Below, one piece after another: positions 1-10,387 of a DNA stretch of 64,000 nucleotides. The stretch lies in the NCBI GenBank assembly GCA_903820285.1, contig CAIJGS010000068.1:2214-66213 (forward strand), given 5' to 3'. Positions within the stretch are counted from its first letter, which is position 1. The number at the start of each line of letters is the position of its first letter. The translations under genes and the position numbers were made by a program. Source of the DNA: an uncultured Verrucomicrobia subdivision 3 bacterium (GTDB lineage Bacteria; Verrucomicrobiota; Verrucomicrobiia; Limisphaerales; UBA11358). The notes under the pieces are model-generated. The model made no database searches and was not told where the DNA came from. It saw only the letters and a list, made by a program, of their open reading frames with translations.

Positions 1-711
1 GATGCCACCGCCGCGCACCTGGAAGCCCACTACCGGCTGCACTTGGTGCAATTGGCGGGCTTCGGCGGTTTGCCGGCCAAGGCCAACGCGCAAGGTCCCA
101 TCATTCAACCGGTCGTGGATGCCTTGGATGCGTACATCAAGACGAACCAGCTGAAGGCACCTTACATCATCGGCCATTCGCTGGGTGGCTTGATCGGCAT
201 GTCGCTCGCCCAGCAACATCCCGAAGATGCCGGCAAATTGATGATTGTGGATTCGCTGCCGTTTTTCGGCGTGCTATTTGGCGTCAAGGATGCCGCCGCC
301 GCCGAGCCGCAGGCGGCCATGATGCGGGACATGGTGTTGAACGAAACCCCGGAGGCCTACGCCCAGGGCCAGAGCCAGTTCCTGCCGGCGCTCGTCAAAT
401 CACCGGCCGGCCTTAAGGCCGCCATCGCCTGGTCCATAGCTTCCGATAAATCGGTCGTCGCCCGCGCCACCTACGAGGACATGACCACCGACCTTCGTTC
501 CAAGCTCCCGGAAATCAAAACGCCGGTAACGATGCTCTATCCCTGGGACGCGACCAGCGGAATGCCGGTCACCGCCGTGGATGGGGTATATCAGCAAAAC
601 TTCGCCGCGCTGCCCAACAAAAAGCTGGTGCGGATCGACGACTCCCGCCATTTCATCATGCTCGACCAGCCGGCGGCTTTTATGGCGCAAGTGGATGGTT
701 TTTTGAAGTGA
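1..711 (+). CDS. alpha/beta hydrolase fold protein, 5' end outside window
   Basis: Frame 1 is open from base 1; the track ORF 43..711 begins at a TTG. Has the nucleophile elbow GHSLGG and a C-terminal DDSRHF acid/His region typical of alpha/beta hydrolases. Confidence 0.8.
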   Translation, partial: DATAAHLEAHYRLHLVQLAGFGGLPAKANAQGPIIQPVVDALDAYIKTNQLKAPYIIGHSLGGLIGMSLAQQHPEDAGKLMIVDSLPFFGVLFGVKDAAAAEPQAAMMRDMVLNETPEAYAQGQSQFLPALVKSPAGLKAAIAWSIASDKSVVARATYEDMTTDLRSKLPEIKTPVTMLYPWDATSGMPVTAVDGVYQQNFAALPNKKLVRIDDSRHFIMLDQPAAFMAQVDGFLK

Positions 712-723
712 CGAGCAGACCGC

Positions 724-1095
724 TTAAAGTAATTCGGCGGCGGGGTGGTTTGCGAGTGAATCCAAGGTGGCCCATTTCATACCGTTTGCAGCGGCCAGAT
801 TGGCGAGATACCAGTCTGTGCTCTTTTTGGAATCCGGAGCCGGAATGCCGGCCAGGGCGCTGATGCTGGCCGGTATGAAAAGTGGGGCGTCACTGGCCTG
901 AAAATCCAACAATGTCTGGCGGGCCTGTGCCATGGTGGATTTATAAACCGCCACGGAAACACGAATAAAACCCGGCTCGGTAATGGGGCAAAGTGCCATC
1001 TGCTTGCCCTCAGCCCATTTCGTTACCCGATCATGATGAACATGCGTCTCCAGCAACAAGGCCAGCAAGACAGACACATCCAGCAGGTAAATCAC
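724..1095 (-). CDS. vapC: PIN-domain toxin, VapC family
   Basis: 123 aa with N-terminal MIYLLDVSVLL (PIN acidic motif). Overlaps the upstream small ORF by 4 nt. A close paralogue lies at 63722..64000. Confidence 0.8.
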   Translation of the reverse strand: MIYLLDVSVLLALLLETHVHHDRVTKWAEGKQMALCPITEPGFIRVSVAVYKSTMAQARQTLLDFQASDAPLFIPASISALAGIPAPDSKKSTDWYLANLAAANGMKWATLDSLANHPAAELL

Positions 1096-1337
1096 GGAAA
1101 GTCCTCCAATGCCTGGTCAACTTCTTCCTGGGTTAAAACCCGGTCAGAAGTCAATAGCGTCCGCTTGCCGCGCTTTACCACACGGGCGGGTGATCGTTCT
1201 GACACCTCAATTAACCGGAAACGCAATTCCCGGTCGGAAAGTTTCTCAACTTCGTACGCCTGTCCGGGTTTCACCAACCCGTCCAAGGCACCGGAACGGC
1301 AGCCGTCATCAATGTGCGTTGTTAGTGTCACAGCCAT
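1092..1337 (-). CDS. putative VapB-type antitoxin (AbrB/SpoVT-like)
   Basis: Small ORF directly upstream of vapC with a 4-nt overlap. Start chosen at the internal Met (MAVTLTTH..., CAT at 1335..1337); the track ORF extends to 1412. Fold assignment is weak. Confidence 0.55.
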   Translation of the reverse strand: MAVTLTTHIDDGCRSGALDGLVKPGQAYEVEKLSDRELRFRLIEVSERSPARVVKRGKRTLLTSDRVLTQEEVDQALEDFP

Positions 1338-1434
1338 GGGAAGAAACTCCCACACCCGCCCGCCGCCGTCAAGGGCCTTGCCTGCCATCCAAAGCTCGCC
1401 GTCGGGTGCCATTTTGGCTTAAATAGGGTGCGGC

Positions 1435-2220
1435 ATGAGCGATTTTGAAACCCGGTTTGGCGGCATAGCGCGGCTGTATGGTTGCGACGGACTGGCGCGG
1501 CTGCGCGCAGCCCATGTCTGCATCGTGGGCATCGGCGGCGTCGGCACCTGGTCCGTGGAAGCGCTGGCCCGCTCCGGCGTGGGGGCGTTGACGCTGGTGG
1601 ATCTGGACGAAGTCTGCGTGACCAACATCAACCGCCAGCTGCCCGCCCTCACGGAAACAGTCGGCCGCGCGAAAGTCGACGTCATGGCCGAACGCATCCA
1701 CGCCATCAACCCAGACTGCCGCGTGCAGGTAGAGCAGCGTTTTTTCAACGAACAGACCGCCGCCGAATTGCTCGCGCCGGAATATGATTTTGTCCTGGAT
1801 GCGATTGATAGTGTAACCAACAAGATCCTCCTCCTCGCCCAATGCCGGGCCAAGCAGCTGCCCATCGTGGCTTGCGGCGGTGCCGGCGGCCGCCGCGATG
1901 CCACACTCGTACGCTGCGCGGATCTCGCCAAAGTCTCCCACGACCGTCTGCTGGCGGAAGTGCGAAAACGTCTGCGCAAAGACCACGGTTTTCCGCCCGA
2001 CGGCAAGGCGATGGGGATTGATTGTGTCTACTCGGCGGAAGCGCCCGTCTTCGCACAGCCGGATGGATCGGTCTGTGAGAATCGCGCGGAGGCGGAGGAG
2101 GGCACGCGCTTGAATTGCAACGGCGGCCTCGGGTCCGCCACGTTTGTGACCGGCACCTTTGGCTTCGCCGCTGCCGGCCTGGTGGTCAGTCGAATTGCTG
2201 GAGCGAAGCAGGCGGGCTGA
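1435..2220 (+). CDS. tcdA: tRNA threonylcarbamoyladenosine dehydratase (ThiF/E1-like)
   Basis: 261 aa. RFGGIARLYG... followed by the Rossmann motif VCIVGIGGVGTW and DLDxVCVTNINRQ, the characteristic TcdA/CsdL layout. Confidence 0.85.
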   Translation: MSDFETRFGGIARLYGCDGLARLRAAHVCIVGIGGVGTWSVEALARSGVGALTLVDLDEVCVTNINRQLPALTETVGRAKVDVMAERIHAINPDCRVQVEQRFFNEQTAAELLAPEYDFVLDAIDSVTNKILLLAQCRAKQLPIVACGGAGGRRDATLVRCADLAKVSHDRLLAEVRKRLRKDHGFPPDGKAMGIDCVYSAEAPVFAQPDGSVCENRAEAEEGTRLNCNGGLGSATFVTGTFGFAAAGLVVSRIAGAKQAG

Positions 2221-2277
2221 GGTTGGCGGGAGGTTGGCGCACGAGATGTCGCATCCACCGGACGGCCGATTATACTG

Positions 2278-3837
2278 TCATTTCTTCTTAAACCGCTTGA
2301 TGGCAAAAGCCATCAATTCGTGCGCTGCCGGTATCTTAAGTTTCAGCGCGGTGAGGATGTAAAAAACCCCGGCGATTCCCGCCGGCACAAACACGGCGCC
2401 AATTCGCAGCGGAATGGTGGCATGGCCCACATATCTTTCCCAGCCCCGCCAGCTGAACCAGGCGATCAGGCCGGCCGTGGCGGCGTTGAGTGCCAGCGGC
2501 ACCAGGGTCAGCCGTAGTTCCTGCATTTCCAGTTTGCCCAACTTCTTCCGCAAGGCCACGATGAGCAGCAGCGCATTGACGGCCGAGGTGGCCGTATTCG
2601 CGATGCCCGGTCCGCCTTCGCGCAGTGGCACCATCAGCCAGCAGGCCAGCGCAAAATTCACCACCAGACAGAAGAGGCTGATCTTCATCGGCGTCTTGGT
2701 GTCGCCCAGCGCATAAAACGCCCGCGCCAGAATGTTGACCGTGGAAAAAGCAACCAGCCCCGGCACCAGGCAGGCCAGCGCGAACGACACGTGCCGGGTA
2801 TTTTCCGGCGTGAACGCACCGTGCTGGTACAGCAGCCGGACAATCGGCTCCGCCAGCACAAACAAAAGCGTGGCCGCAATCAGGTTCAAAAAGATCAACG
2901 TCGCGAGTCCGGCGCTCAGCGTGGCGCGGAACTCGGGAAACTTTTTCTCCGCCGCCAGTCCGGACAGCGTCGGCAGCAGATAGGTCGCCAGCGATATCCC
3001 GAACATTCCCTGCGGCAATTCCATCAGGCGCACGGCACCGTTGTACGAGGAAACCAGCCCGGTGGCGATCATGAACGCAGCGCCCTGCACCATCATGACG
3101 TTGATTTGAAACGCCGCCACGCCAATCGTTCCGGGAATCATCTGCCGCACCACCCGTTGCACCGTTTCATCCCGCCACGGCGTCACCCAGCGATAACGGA
3201 AGCCGTCGCGCCAGAGAGTTGGCATTTGAAACGCCGCCTGGGCCACCCCGGCCGCCAGAACCCCTACCGCTAGCGCAAAAATCTGCTGGGACCGTTCGTG
3301 ACCAAAGCAAGGCGTCAGCCAGAGCACGGAGGCGATCATCACCACGTTCAGCAGGGCCGCCCCCAGCGCAGGGATAAAAAAGTGGCCGCGCGAATTGAGC
3401 ATCCCCATTAGTGCCGCCGTGAGACAGACCAGCAGCATGTAGGGGAACATGATGCGCAGCAATTGGAGCATGAGCTCGGTTTTCTCATCGAACTGGTGCA
3501 TGCCCAGGGCAATGGAAATGCCGAGCATGACCACGCCCACGATCACGCTGGCCGAGACCAACAGACCTGAGATAACCGCGTTCGCCGCGCGCCACATCTC
3601 CTTTTCGCCCGCATTCTTCTCTTTTTCCTTGAAGATCGGAATGAACGCTGCGGTGAGCGCGCCTTCGCCAAGCAGTCGGCGGAACAGGTTGGGCACCGTG
3701 AACGCGAGTTGGAAGGCGTCGTTTACCAGCCCCACTCCCATGAAACTCATGTACACCATTTCGCGCACCATGCCGAGCACGCGGCTGGTGAGCGTGGCCA
3801 CGGCGATCGCGCCGGACGCTTTCAACAATTTAGACAC
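2278..3837 (-). CDS. murJ: lipid II flippase MurJ
   Basis: 519 aa polytopic protein. The N-terminus ...ATLTSRVLGMVREMVYMSFMGVGLVNDAFQLAFTVPNLFRRLLGEGALTAAFIPIF matches the conserved MurJ/MviN N-terminal signature. Confidence 0.9.
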   Translation of the reverse strand: MSKLLKASGAIAVATLTSRVLGMVREMVYMSFMGVGLVNDAFQLAFTVPNLFRRLLGEGALTAAFIPIFKEKEKNAGEKEMWRAANAVISGLLVSASVIVGVVMLGISIALGMHQFDEKTELMLQLLRIMFPYMLLVCLTAALMGMLNSRGHFFIPALGAALLNVVMIASVLWLTPCFGHERSQQIFALAVGVLAAGVAQAAFQMPTLWRDGFRYRWVTPWRDETVQRVVRQMIPGTIGVAAFQINVMMVQGAAFMIATGLVSSYNGAVRLMELPQGMFGISLATYLLPTLSGLAAEKKFPEFRATLSAGLATLIFLNLIAATLLFVLAEPIVRLLYQHGAFTPENTRHVSFALACLVPGLVAFSTVNILARAFYALGDTKTPMKISLFCLVVNFALACWLMVPLREGGPGIANTATSAVNALLLIVALRKKLGKLEMQELRLTLVPLALNAATAGLIAWFSWRGWERYVGHATIPLRIGAVFVPAGIAGVFYILTALKLKIPAAHELMAFAIKRFKKK

Positions 3838-4024
3838 GCGCGAAGTTTAGAGGCCGGCCCGCTCCGGCCAAAGTCAGAAATGCGTATTTTCAGGATTTGC
3901 GATATAGGATTTACGAATTGCGAGAGGCCGGCTGGCATCGGACAGGCAAACCTTGCTGGTACGGATGCTAACCGGCCATTAATTGGCCATTGGCAACGGG
4001 CGGGCGGCAATTTAATCTGACGGC

Positions 4025-5302
4025 GTGAGCATCATCGAAGAATTGAAATGGCGCGGCCTGGTGGCTGATTGCACGGACGCGGTGGAACTGGAAAAGAAAC
4101 TCGCCGCGCCCATCACGCTGTACTGTGGCTTCGACCCGACGGCCGACAGCCTGCACGTGGGCAATCTCGTGCCGTTGCTGGCGTTGCGCCGTTTTCAATT
4201 GCTCGGGCACCATCCCATTGCCGTGGCCGGCGGGGCGACCGGTTCCATCGGCGATCCCAGCGGCAAATCGCAGGAGCGCCAATTGCTCACCAGCGAAGTG
4301 CTGGATCACAACATCGCCTGTGTGAAGGTGCAACTCGCGAAGCTGCTGGATTTTGAGACGAAGCAGAATCCCGCCCTGCTGGTAGACAACGCCTCGTGGA
4401 CTGCCGGCATTTCATTCCTCGATTTCCTCCGCGACATCGGCAAACACTTTTCGGTGAACCAGATGGTGGCCAAGGAATCCGTGCGCGCCCGCATGGAAGA
4501 CCGCGAGGTGGGCATCAGCTTCACGGAATTCAGCTACATGCTGTTGCAGGCGTTTGATTTTTATGTCCTGAACCGCGACCGCAACTGCGAGTTGCAGATC
4601 GGCGGCAGCGACCAGTGGGGCAACATCACCGCCGGCAGCGAACTGACGCGCAAGAAATCCGGCCGGCAGGTTTACGGCCTGACGCTGCCGCTCATCACCA
4701 ACGCCGACGGCTCGAAGTTCGGCAAGACCGTCGCCGGTGCCATCTGGCTGGACCCGAAGCGTACCAGCGTTTACCGCTTCTATCAGTTCTGGATCAACGT
4801 GGATGACCGCGACGTGATCCGGTACCTGAAATATTTCACCTTCCTGCCCCAGGAGGAAATTGCCGCACTGGAAACCCAGCACACCGAAAACCCCGGCGCG
4901 CGCGTGGCCCACAAGGCCCTCGCCAAGGCGGCCACGGATCTGATTCACGGGCCCGACGCCACCGCTGAGGCGATCCGCGCGAGCGAAATTTTATTCGGCG
5001 GCAATCTGGCCGGCATCGCGGAAAGCACGTTTAACGAGATCATCGGCGAAGTGCCGACCAAAGAGATTGAGTTGGCGCGGCTGGGGGATGCGGGCATTTC
5101 TTTCCTGGACCTGTTTGTCCATGCCGGGCTGAGTCCGTCCAAGGGTCAGGGGCGCAAAGATATCGAAGGCGGCGGCGCGAACATCAATAACATCCGCGAA
5201 GCCAGTGCCGTCCGCATGATCACGGCGGCCGACCTGCTGTTCGGCAAACATCTGCTGCTCCGCAAGGGGAAGAAAAATTACGTGGTGGTGACGGCGAAAT
5301 AA
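4025..5302 (+). CDS. tyrS: tyrosine--tRNA ligase
   Basis: 425 aa with GTG start. Class I HIGH-type motif (LHVGNL), KMSKS-type motif (KFGKT) and a C-terminal S4-like domain. Confidence 0.95.
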   Translation: MSIIEELKWRGLVADCTDAVELEKKLAAPITLYCGFDPTADSLHVGNLVPLLALRRFQLLGHHPIAVAGGATGSIGDPSGKSQERQLLTSEVLDHNIACVKVQLAKLLDFETKQNPALLVDNASWTAGISFLDFLRDIGKHFSVNQMVAKESVRARMEDREVGISFTEFSYMLLQAFDFYVLNRDRNCELQIGGSDQWGNITAGSELTRKKSGRQVYGLTLPLITNADGSKFGKTVAGAIWLDPKRTSVYRFYQFWINVDDRDVIRYLKYFTFLPQEEIAALETQHTENPGARVAHKALAKAATDLIHGPDATAEAIRASEILFGGNLAGIAESTFNEIIGEVPTKEIELARLGDAGISFLDLFVHAGLSPSKGQGRKDIEGGGANINNIREASAVRMITAADLLFGKHLLLRKGKKNYVVVTAK

Positions 5303-5312
5303 ATACTGGCAG

Positions 5313-5337
5313 GCAGCCGCCGCTCAGCGGCGGCTGC
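5313..5337. terminator. GC-rich hairpin between convergent tyrS and protease genes
   Basis: gcagccgccgc-tca-gcggcggctgc forms a perfect 11-bp stem at 5313..5337. The following sequence is only partly T-rich, so intrinsic-terminator status is uncertain. Confidence 0.45.
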
Positions 5338-6123
5338 TTACTTTTTAACTCGCACCCCGTAAACCAGCCTTACCCGCTCCGCATCCAGGCGGCTGAGGTG
5401 ATTATCGGTCCATTGCCCGATGACCTGATCATACTTTTTATCTACCGGACAAATCACCGAGCACGGACTGCTGCCTACGCCGTCCACGCATTCGCTTTCA
5501 CATTGTGAAGCCCAGCAGATGCGATAGTGCATGATGGAGTAGTAATCGTAGGGCAGGCTGCCATCGATCCAGTTGGTTTGCGCAATCCAGTCATAATCAG
5601 AACCGCGGCCGGGCTTGATGTTCTCGTAATGGATCGTCACAAATTGGTCGCGATCCCAGCGCTGGTGCTCATGAAAAAATCCCAGCACATGGCCGAGTTC
5701 ATGCACAGCCATCCATTCTGGTTCATGCCACCAGAAGGCGGTGATGTTGATGTCCGTGCGCACACCTTTTTGATAACCAACATGGCTTGTGTTATTCCCG
5801 GCATCGGTCCGGCCGGTGAAATTCACGTATTCCGTCTCGGTGGTGTGGGGAATGAAATGAATGTTCGCGCCGGTATCCATCCAGCGCTGCATGGCGTGCA
5901 GGGCCAGCGTCTGCTGCGTGGCATTTAACTTTGAAATGTCGTAGGGAATGATGCCGTCCGGCCAGGGCAACGGCTTGGATTCGTTGCGGCCTTCATGCGC
6001 CGGATCGGAACCGGCTCGCGCCGGACCCGCCACCAGGACCAGCAACACGATGCATAACTGCAACCAGCGCCACAGTGGCAGGCCGGCAGTGGTTCGATTA
6101 CGGGGAAAATGGCATCTCCTCAT
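5338..6123 (-). CDS. secreted astacin-like zinc metalloprotease (M12A)
   Basis: Full astacin signature HELGHVLGFFHEHQRWDRD (HExxHxxGxxHExxRxDRD), Met-turn SIMHY and an N-terminal signal peptide. Confidence 0.85.
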   Translation of the reverse strand: MRRCHFPRNRTTAGLPLWRWLQLCIVLLVLVAGPARAGSDPAHEGRNESKPLPWPDGIIPYDISKLNATQQTLALHAMQRWMDTGANIHFIPHTTETEYVNFTGRTDAGNNTSHVGYQKGVRTDINITAFWWHEPEWMAVHELGHVLGFFHEHQRWDRDQFVTIHYENIKPGRGSDYDWIAQTNWIDGSLPYDYYSIMHYRICWASQCESECVDGVGSSPCSVICPVDKKYDQVIGQWTDNHLSRLDAERVRLVYGVRVKK

Positions 6124-6178
6124 GCGTCTTATTTAACCAATCAAGGCACCGGCAAGGCAAAGCGAATCGGCCCGTGCG

Positions 6179-8194
6179 TCATGGAAAATACGGGTGATGC
6201 CGGGCTCCGTCGTTCCCGGATTCCAGGGCGCGGCGCATCCAGGCACGGTCACCGGTGACGCCGGCGAGTTGCGCGTCAAATGGCTTGAAGCCGACAGCGA
6301 ATACCGGCGAATCCGCCGGGAACGTCACGTCTGGCCAATTCCCTTTCACGGCGAGAGCGGTCAAGATGGAGCCGCTTTCGTGGCCCACCTGCTGCCATGC
6401 GGTCAGATTTCCCTTTGGGAAAAGCGGCGCAGCCTGGCCATACGCCACAAAACAATTGCTGCCGCTCGCATATTGTAGCTTGTTCCAAGGCCCGTAGAAA
6501 AACGCCGAGTTGGAACTGATGATCAGATTATGCTCCAAGGTGAAGGAAAGATGGCTTTCCACCCGGGTGGCCTGCATCGGCGGACCGGAACTCAGGGCGA
6601 AAACATTGTTCACGATATTATTCGAAGCGCCGTAGTGCTGGTGAAAGCCGCCGCCGGAAGGCGAGAGCACGGAGGTACAGTGCCAAACCAGATTGCTGGC
6701 GATTTGCCAGCCGGAGCTGCCTTCATCGGGATAGATTCCCCAGCCGCCGTAGTCGTGGGCGCAGACATCAAAAATGACATTGCCCACGCAGGTGCTGCCC
6801 GGACTCACTCCCAGGGTGTAAATACCGCCCATGTCGCTCAACACGCCCTGCCCAATCTGATGGATGCGATTATAACCGATGTCATTATTGGTCGCCTGAC
6901 TGGGGCCATAACCCCAGGTCCAGCCGGCGGAAATGCCGGTGTAAAAGGTGTCGCTGATGTCATTGTGCGTCACCTCGTTGTTGGCGCTTTGGCCAACCCA
7001 AATGCCGACGGCGCTTGGATGAATCCGTCCGCAACCGCGAATGATGTTGTTCGCAATCACGTTGGCGCCGGTGAGGTTGGCGGGATTCTGGCTGATGCCC
7101 ATTTCGCCGATCCGGATACCGCCCGCGCCCAGATCTTCGAGGAGGCAATGCTCGATGCGACAATGCCGGCAGCCGCTCCGTAACCAGATGCCGTAATTGC
7201 CGGTATGGGTAATTTCGCAATTATCGAATGTCAGATTCTCCGCATCATCAATTTGGATGGATGCCCCGATGCCTGCCGCCGCTTGCACTGGAGGACAACC
7301 TTCGCGCGGCAGCCGGTAGCCGGTGTAGCCAAAATGCAATCCCCGAAAATGCAGATTACTCGCGCCATGAACGATCAAGAGTTGTTCCAGCACGGGCGCC
7401 ACGGCTTCCGTCTGGCCCAAAGTTTCGCCCGGCAAGGGATGATAATTCAGCTCGCCGGCCGGACCCAGAAACCACGCACCCGGCGCCAATGACGGGCCGG
7501 TGCAGTTATCCAACAGGTAAAAACTTTGGGCATTCCAAGGATTCCAGCTGGTCATGGGCTGACCTTCAACGGTGATGGTGCCATTCGTGGGATCAAACGC
7601 GGACAACGCGTAACGGGAGGTGTCCCATTTATGGAAAACCAGGATTTGGTGTTCTGCCAGTGCGATGGGATCAGCCGTCAGCGCGGTGATGATTTCGGCA
7701 GGAACTTTCACGGAGATTTGTGCCCGCTTGGCCGGCAACTCTTTTACCTGCAGGTCGCCGAGGGGCAGCCGGTCTTTGGCGGGAAAGCGGCTGCGGGCGG
7801 CGCGCTCGCCGTTAATGAACAATTGCTCAAAGTGCAGTTCCGGGGCGGCGTGCCAATGGCCATCCGGCGTAGCGGCCAGACCTGTAATGTGCTTCCCGCC
7901 GGTGATGAGGGTTTTATCCGGAGTGCGGGCCAGCCAATTCGCGTTGCCATCCCGGCCATCCAAGATCAGGGGTTCGGTGAGCGCGTAATCACCCTCGCGC
8001 AGGACAATCACAGCGACCTCGTCGGCATGGCCGTTGGCGTGCCAGGAGCGCACGGCATTGCGCGCCGTCATCAGTGTGTTGGTGCCGGGCACGGCGATGA
8101 ACGTTTTGGCCAGCTCCGCTTGCGCCATGGCCGGTGGTAATTGGCAAATGCCTACCAGGACCCCGAGCAGAACTGATTTTTTGGGTGCGAGCAT
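6179..8194 (-). CDS. secreted right-handed parallel beta-helix repeat protein
   Basis: 671 aa with a signal peptide. Repeated short G/N/I-rich turns (NNIIRGCG, NNEVTHNDISD, NNDIGYNRIH, NNIVNNVF) typical of pectate-lyase-fold proteins. No catalytic assignment is possible. Confidence 0.7.
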   Translation of the reverse strand: MLAPKKSVLLGVLVGICQLPPAMAQAELAKTFIAVPGTNTLMTARNAVRSWHANGHADEVAVIVLREGDYALTEPLILDGRDGNANWLARTPDKTLITGGKHITGLAATPDGHWHAAPELHFEQLFINGERAARSRFPAKDRLPLGDLQVKELPAKRAQISVKVPAEIITALTADPIALAEHQILVFHKWDTSRYALSAFDPTNGTITVEGQPMTSWNPWNAQSFYLLDNCTGPSLAPGAWFLGPAGELNYHPLPGETLGQTEAVAPVLEQLLIVHGASNLHFRGLHFGYTGYRLPREGCPPVQAAAGIGASIQIDDAENLTFDNCEITHTGNYGIWLRSGCRHCRIEHCLLEDLGAGGIRIGEMGISQNPANLTGANVIANNIIRGCGRIHPSAVGIWVGQSANNEVTHNDISDTFYTGISAGWTWGYGPSQATNNDIGYNRIHQIGQGVLSDMGGIYTLGVSPGSTCVGNVIFDVCAHDYGGWGIYPDEGSSGWQIASNLVWHCTSVLSPSGGGFHQHYGASNNIVNNVFALSSGPPMQATRVESHLSFTLEHNLIISSNSAFFYGPWNKLQYASGSNCFVAYGQAAPLFPKGNLTAWQQVGHESGSILTALAVKGNWPDVTFPADSPVFAVGFKPFDAQLAGVTGDRAWMRRALESGNDGARHHPYFP

Positions 8195-8269
8195 AAAAAT
8201 GGGAGCGGATGTTTATCCGAGTTAAAGACGTTCCAAAACCGGTTAAGGTTGCTGCTTTTGATGAAGGGC

Positions 8270-10306
8270 TTACGCCTCCTTTGCCAGCTCATCGTTGCGG
8301 ATGGCCTCCACGAACGGCGGCAGCTGACAATTTAGCGTCTCGGCCACGGCGCGGAGCAATTCCGCTTCGCGCACCGTCACTGCGCCATCGGCCACCACGG
8401 TCTTGCCGGCGGCCATAATCAGGTTGCGTCGGACACCGGCAGGACAGCGCGCCAGCCGGTCCAGAACGGCATCCACCTTGGCCAGATCCCAATCACTGCG
8501 CGGCACGAAATAAACCTTCGCGCCCGGCGCATCCAGAAATTCCGCGCCAGCGGCGAAAGCCTTGCGGGCGGCGGCTTCATCCTCCTCTTGTCCCACATGC
8601 GCCAGCGCGGAGAGTAGCAAGGCGCTCTCGGCTAGCACATCCTTGACGGTTCCGTACCGACCTGTCTCTGGTAAGGGGCCGTCGAAATGCGCGTCCAGTT
8701 GCCGTCGCACCATCTTCAGCAGCGTGTATTCAAAGAGGCCGATGGAATCGCCAGACTCCACGAGTTTTTGCACCGTCTCATGGATGGCGACGCGGCTGGC
8801 GGGACTGGCCCGCCGCAACGCCGGCACGGCGAATTCCGCGAGCGGAAACCGGTATTTATCCTCTACGGTTGCCACCAGCAGGGCCAATGTTTCCAGTCGG
8901 GCAAACAGCGAGGCATCGAGCGCCATTCGGAGCACCTCTAACTGCCGGGTCCGCACGGTGGCATCGTCATTCAGCAGCAACGACAGCAACACCAATGCGG
9001 CGTCTTCCGGCGTGTGCAAGGCGGCTTTGATTTCCGGTGGCAGACCCAGCCGGACGACCATGGCCTGCCGTAAATTCTCCGCGCTCAGCCCCACCGACAT
9101 GGCCGCCAAGCCGTCCGGCAGCAGTTTTTCAATGCGCATAACCCCACCGATCACCTGGTCGTAGTCCCGCTCCCGTTCACCCTGGCTGGGTGCCAGCATT
9201 TTCACCTTGGGGAATTGGCCGTCAAACGTTGGGTCAATCGCAAGCACCCGGCGATCCAGCGGCGGATGGGTGGCCAGCCAGGGGAACCAGGGCTCGTAAT
9301 TGGAGTTGGCGAAGTAGAGATGGCTCGCCACTTCCGCATGGGGGGTGTCGAGCCGGCCCTGTTTGAACAGGCCGCCGATCTTTTTGAGCCCGCCGCCGAT
9401 GCCGGTCGGATTGCGCGTGAACTGCACCGCCGCCGCATCCGCCAGCCATTCGCGCTGACGGCAGATGGCGCTCTTGAGCAGCCGCACAAACGGCAGACCG
9501 AGCGAACCGATGACGACCAGGAAAAATCCGGGCAGCGCAGTGGGCAGCATCTTGCGCCGTTTGGATTGCACCACAATGAACTCATCGTCGTCCAGCGGTT
9601 CGCTGTCCCCGTAAATCAGTACGCGGCCCAGGATGGTTGGCCAGAACAGGCCGTGCGCCAGGCCAATGAGCTTCATGTTCAGCCGGGTGTCGCCATTGAG
9701 AATGTGGCTGAACTCGTGCGCCACCAGACCCTGCAATTCATCGCGGGAGAGCAGTTTCAAGGCGCCGCGCGTAATCGTGATGGCTGTGTCATCACGGGTG
9801 TGGCCGGCGGCAAAGGCGTTGATGCCGCGTTCGTTGTCGAGCACGTAGATTTCCGGTACGGGCAGGGTGGAGGCAATCGCCATTTCCTCCACCACATGGC
9901 GGAACTGCTGTTCCTCCAGGTTTTCGGGTTTTACTGCCACGGGCCGGCCGCCGAGCAATTCCGCCACGGCCGCGCCACCCGCCGAAAGCTGGTGCAGCTT
10001 GTAGAGACAGCCGCCCGCCATGGAAACCAGACAGCCCAAGGTAATCCAGCACGCCAGCCAGCCGTCCCACAACCAATGCAGATAAGCCCACGGATGCATG
10101 ACCGCCTCCGCGAACAATTCCAGCAGGGTGGTGAAGAGCGGCAGGATCGTCCGGCCAAAGCCGGGCGTGGGTTTGCTAAATGCGAGGATGAGGTTGGCGA
10201 GGATGAAATAGGTCAGGGCGATGACCGCCAGTACGGCGAAGCCGAAGAGAAAAATTAGCCGGCGCGTCTGTTTCCGGGCCTGTTCCTGGCGGTCAAAAAA
10301 ATCCAT
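8270..10306 (-). CDS. M48 family membrane metallopeptidase with ~330-aa C-terminal extension
   Basis: 678 aa with N-terminal TM helices and the HExxH motif HEFSHILNGD. The long helical C-terminal region ends in ...REAELLRAVAETL (weakly TerB-like). Confidence 0.8.
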   Translation of the reverse strand: MDFFDRQEQARKQTRRLIFLFGFAVLAVIALTYFILANLILAFSKPTPGFGRTILPLFTTLLELFAEAVMHPWAYLHWLWDGWLACWITLGCLVSMAGGCLYKLHQLSAGGAAVAELLGGRPVAVKPENLEEQQFRHVVEEMAIASTLPVPEIYVLDNERGINAFAAGHTRDDTAITITRGALKLLSRDELQGLVAHEFSHILNGDTRLNMKLIGLAHGLFWPTILGRVLIYGDSEPLDDDEFIVVQSKRRKMLPTALPGFFLVVIGSLGLPFVRLLKSAICRQREWLADAAAVQFTRNPTGIGGGLKKIGGLFKQGRLDTPHAEVASHLYFANSNYEPWFPWLATHPPLDRRVLAIDPTFDGQFPKVKMLAPSQGERERDYDQVIGGVMRIEKLLPDGLAAMSVGLSAENLRQAMVVRLGLPPEIKAALHTPEDAALVLLSLLLNDDATVRTRQLEVLRMALDASLFARLETLALLVATVEDKYRFPLAEFAVPALRRASPASRVAIHETVQKLVESGDSIGLFEYTLLKMVRRQLDAHFDGPLPETGRYGTVKDVLAESALLLSALAHVGQEEDEAAARKAFAAGAEFLDAPGAKVYFVPRSDWDLAKVDAVLDRLARCPAGVRRNLIMAAGKTVVADGAVTVREAELLRAVAETLNCQLPPFVEAIRNDELAKEA

Positions 10307-10387
10307 GGTCCAGCCCGTTGTAGCACACGGGCCGGATTCAGAAAGGTTTTTTTACGGGAACCGGGGCCGTGACATAAAGGCAGTTTC

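Noticed and set aside
3838-4024. Possible T-box or other leader upstream of tyrS
   Set aside because: No T-box sequence, specifier loop or terminator/antiterminator pair was recognisable. Only short generic GC hairpins are present, and the region also serves as the divergent murJ promoter.
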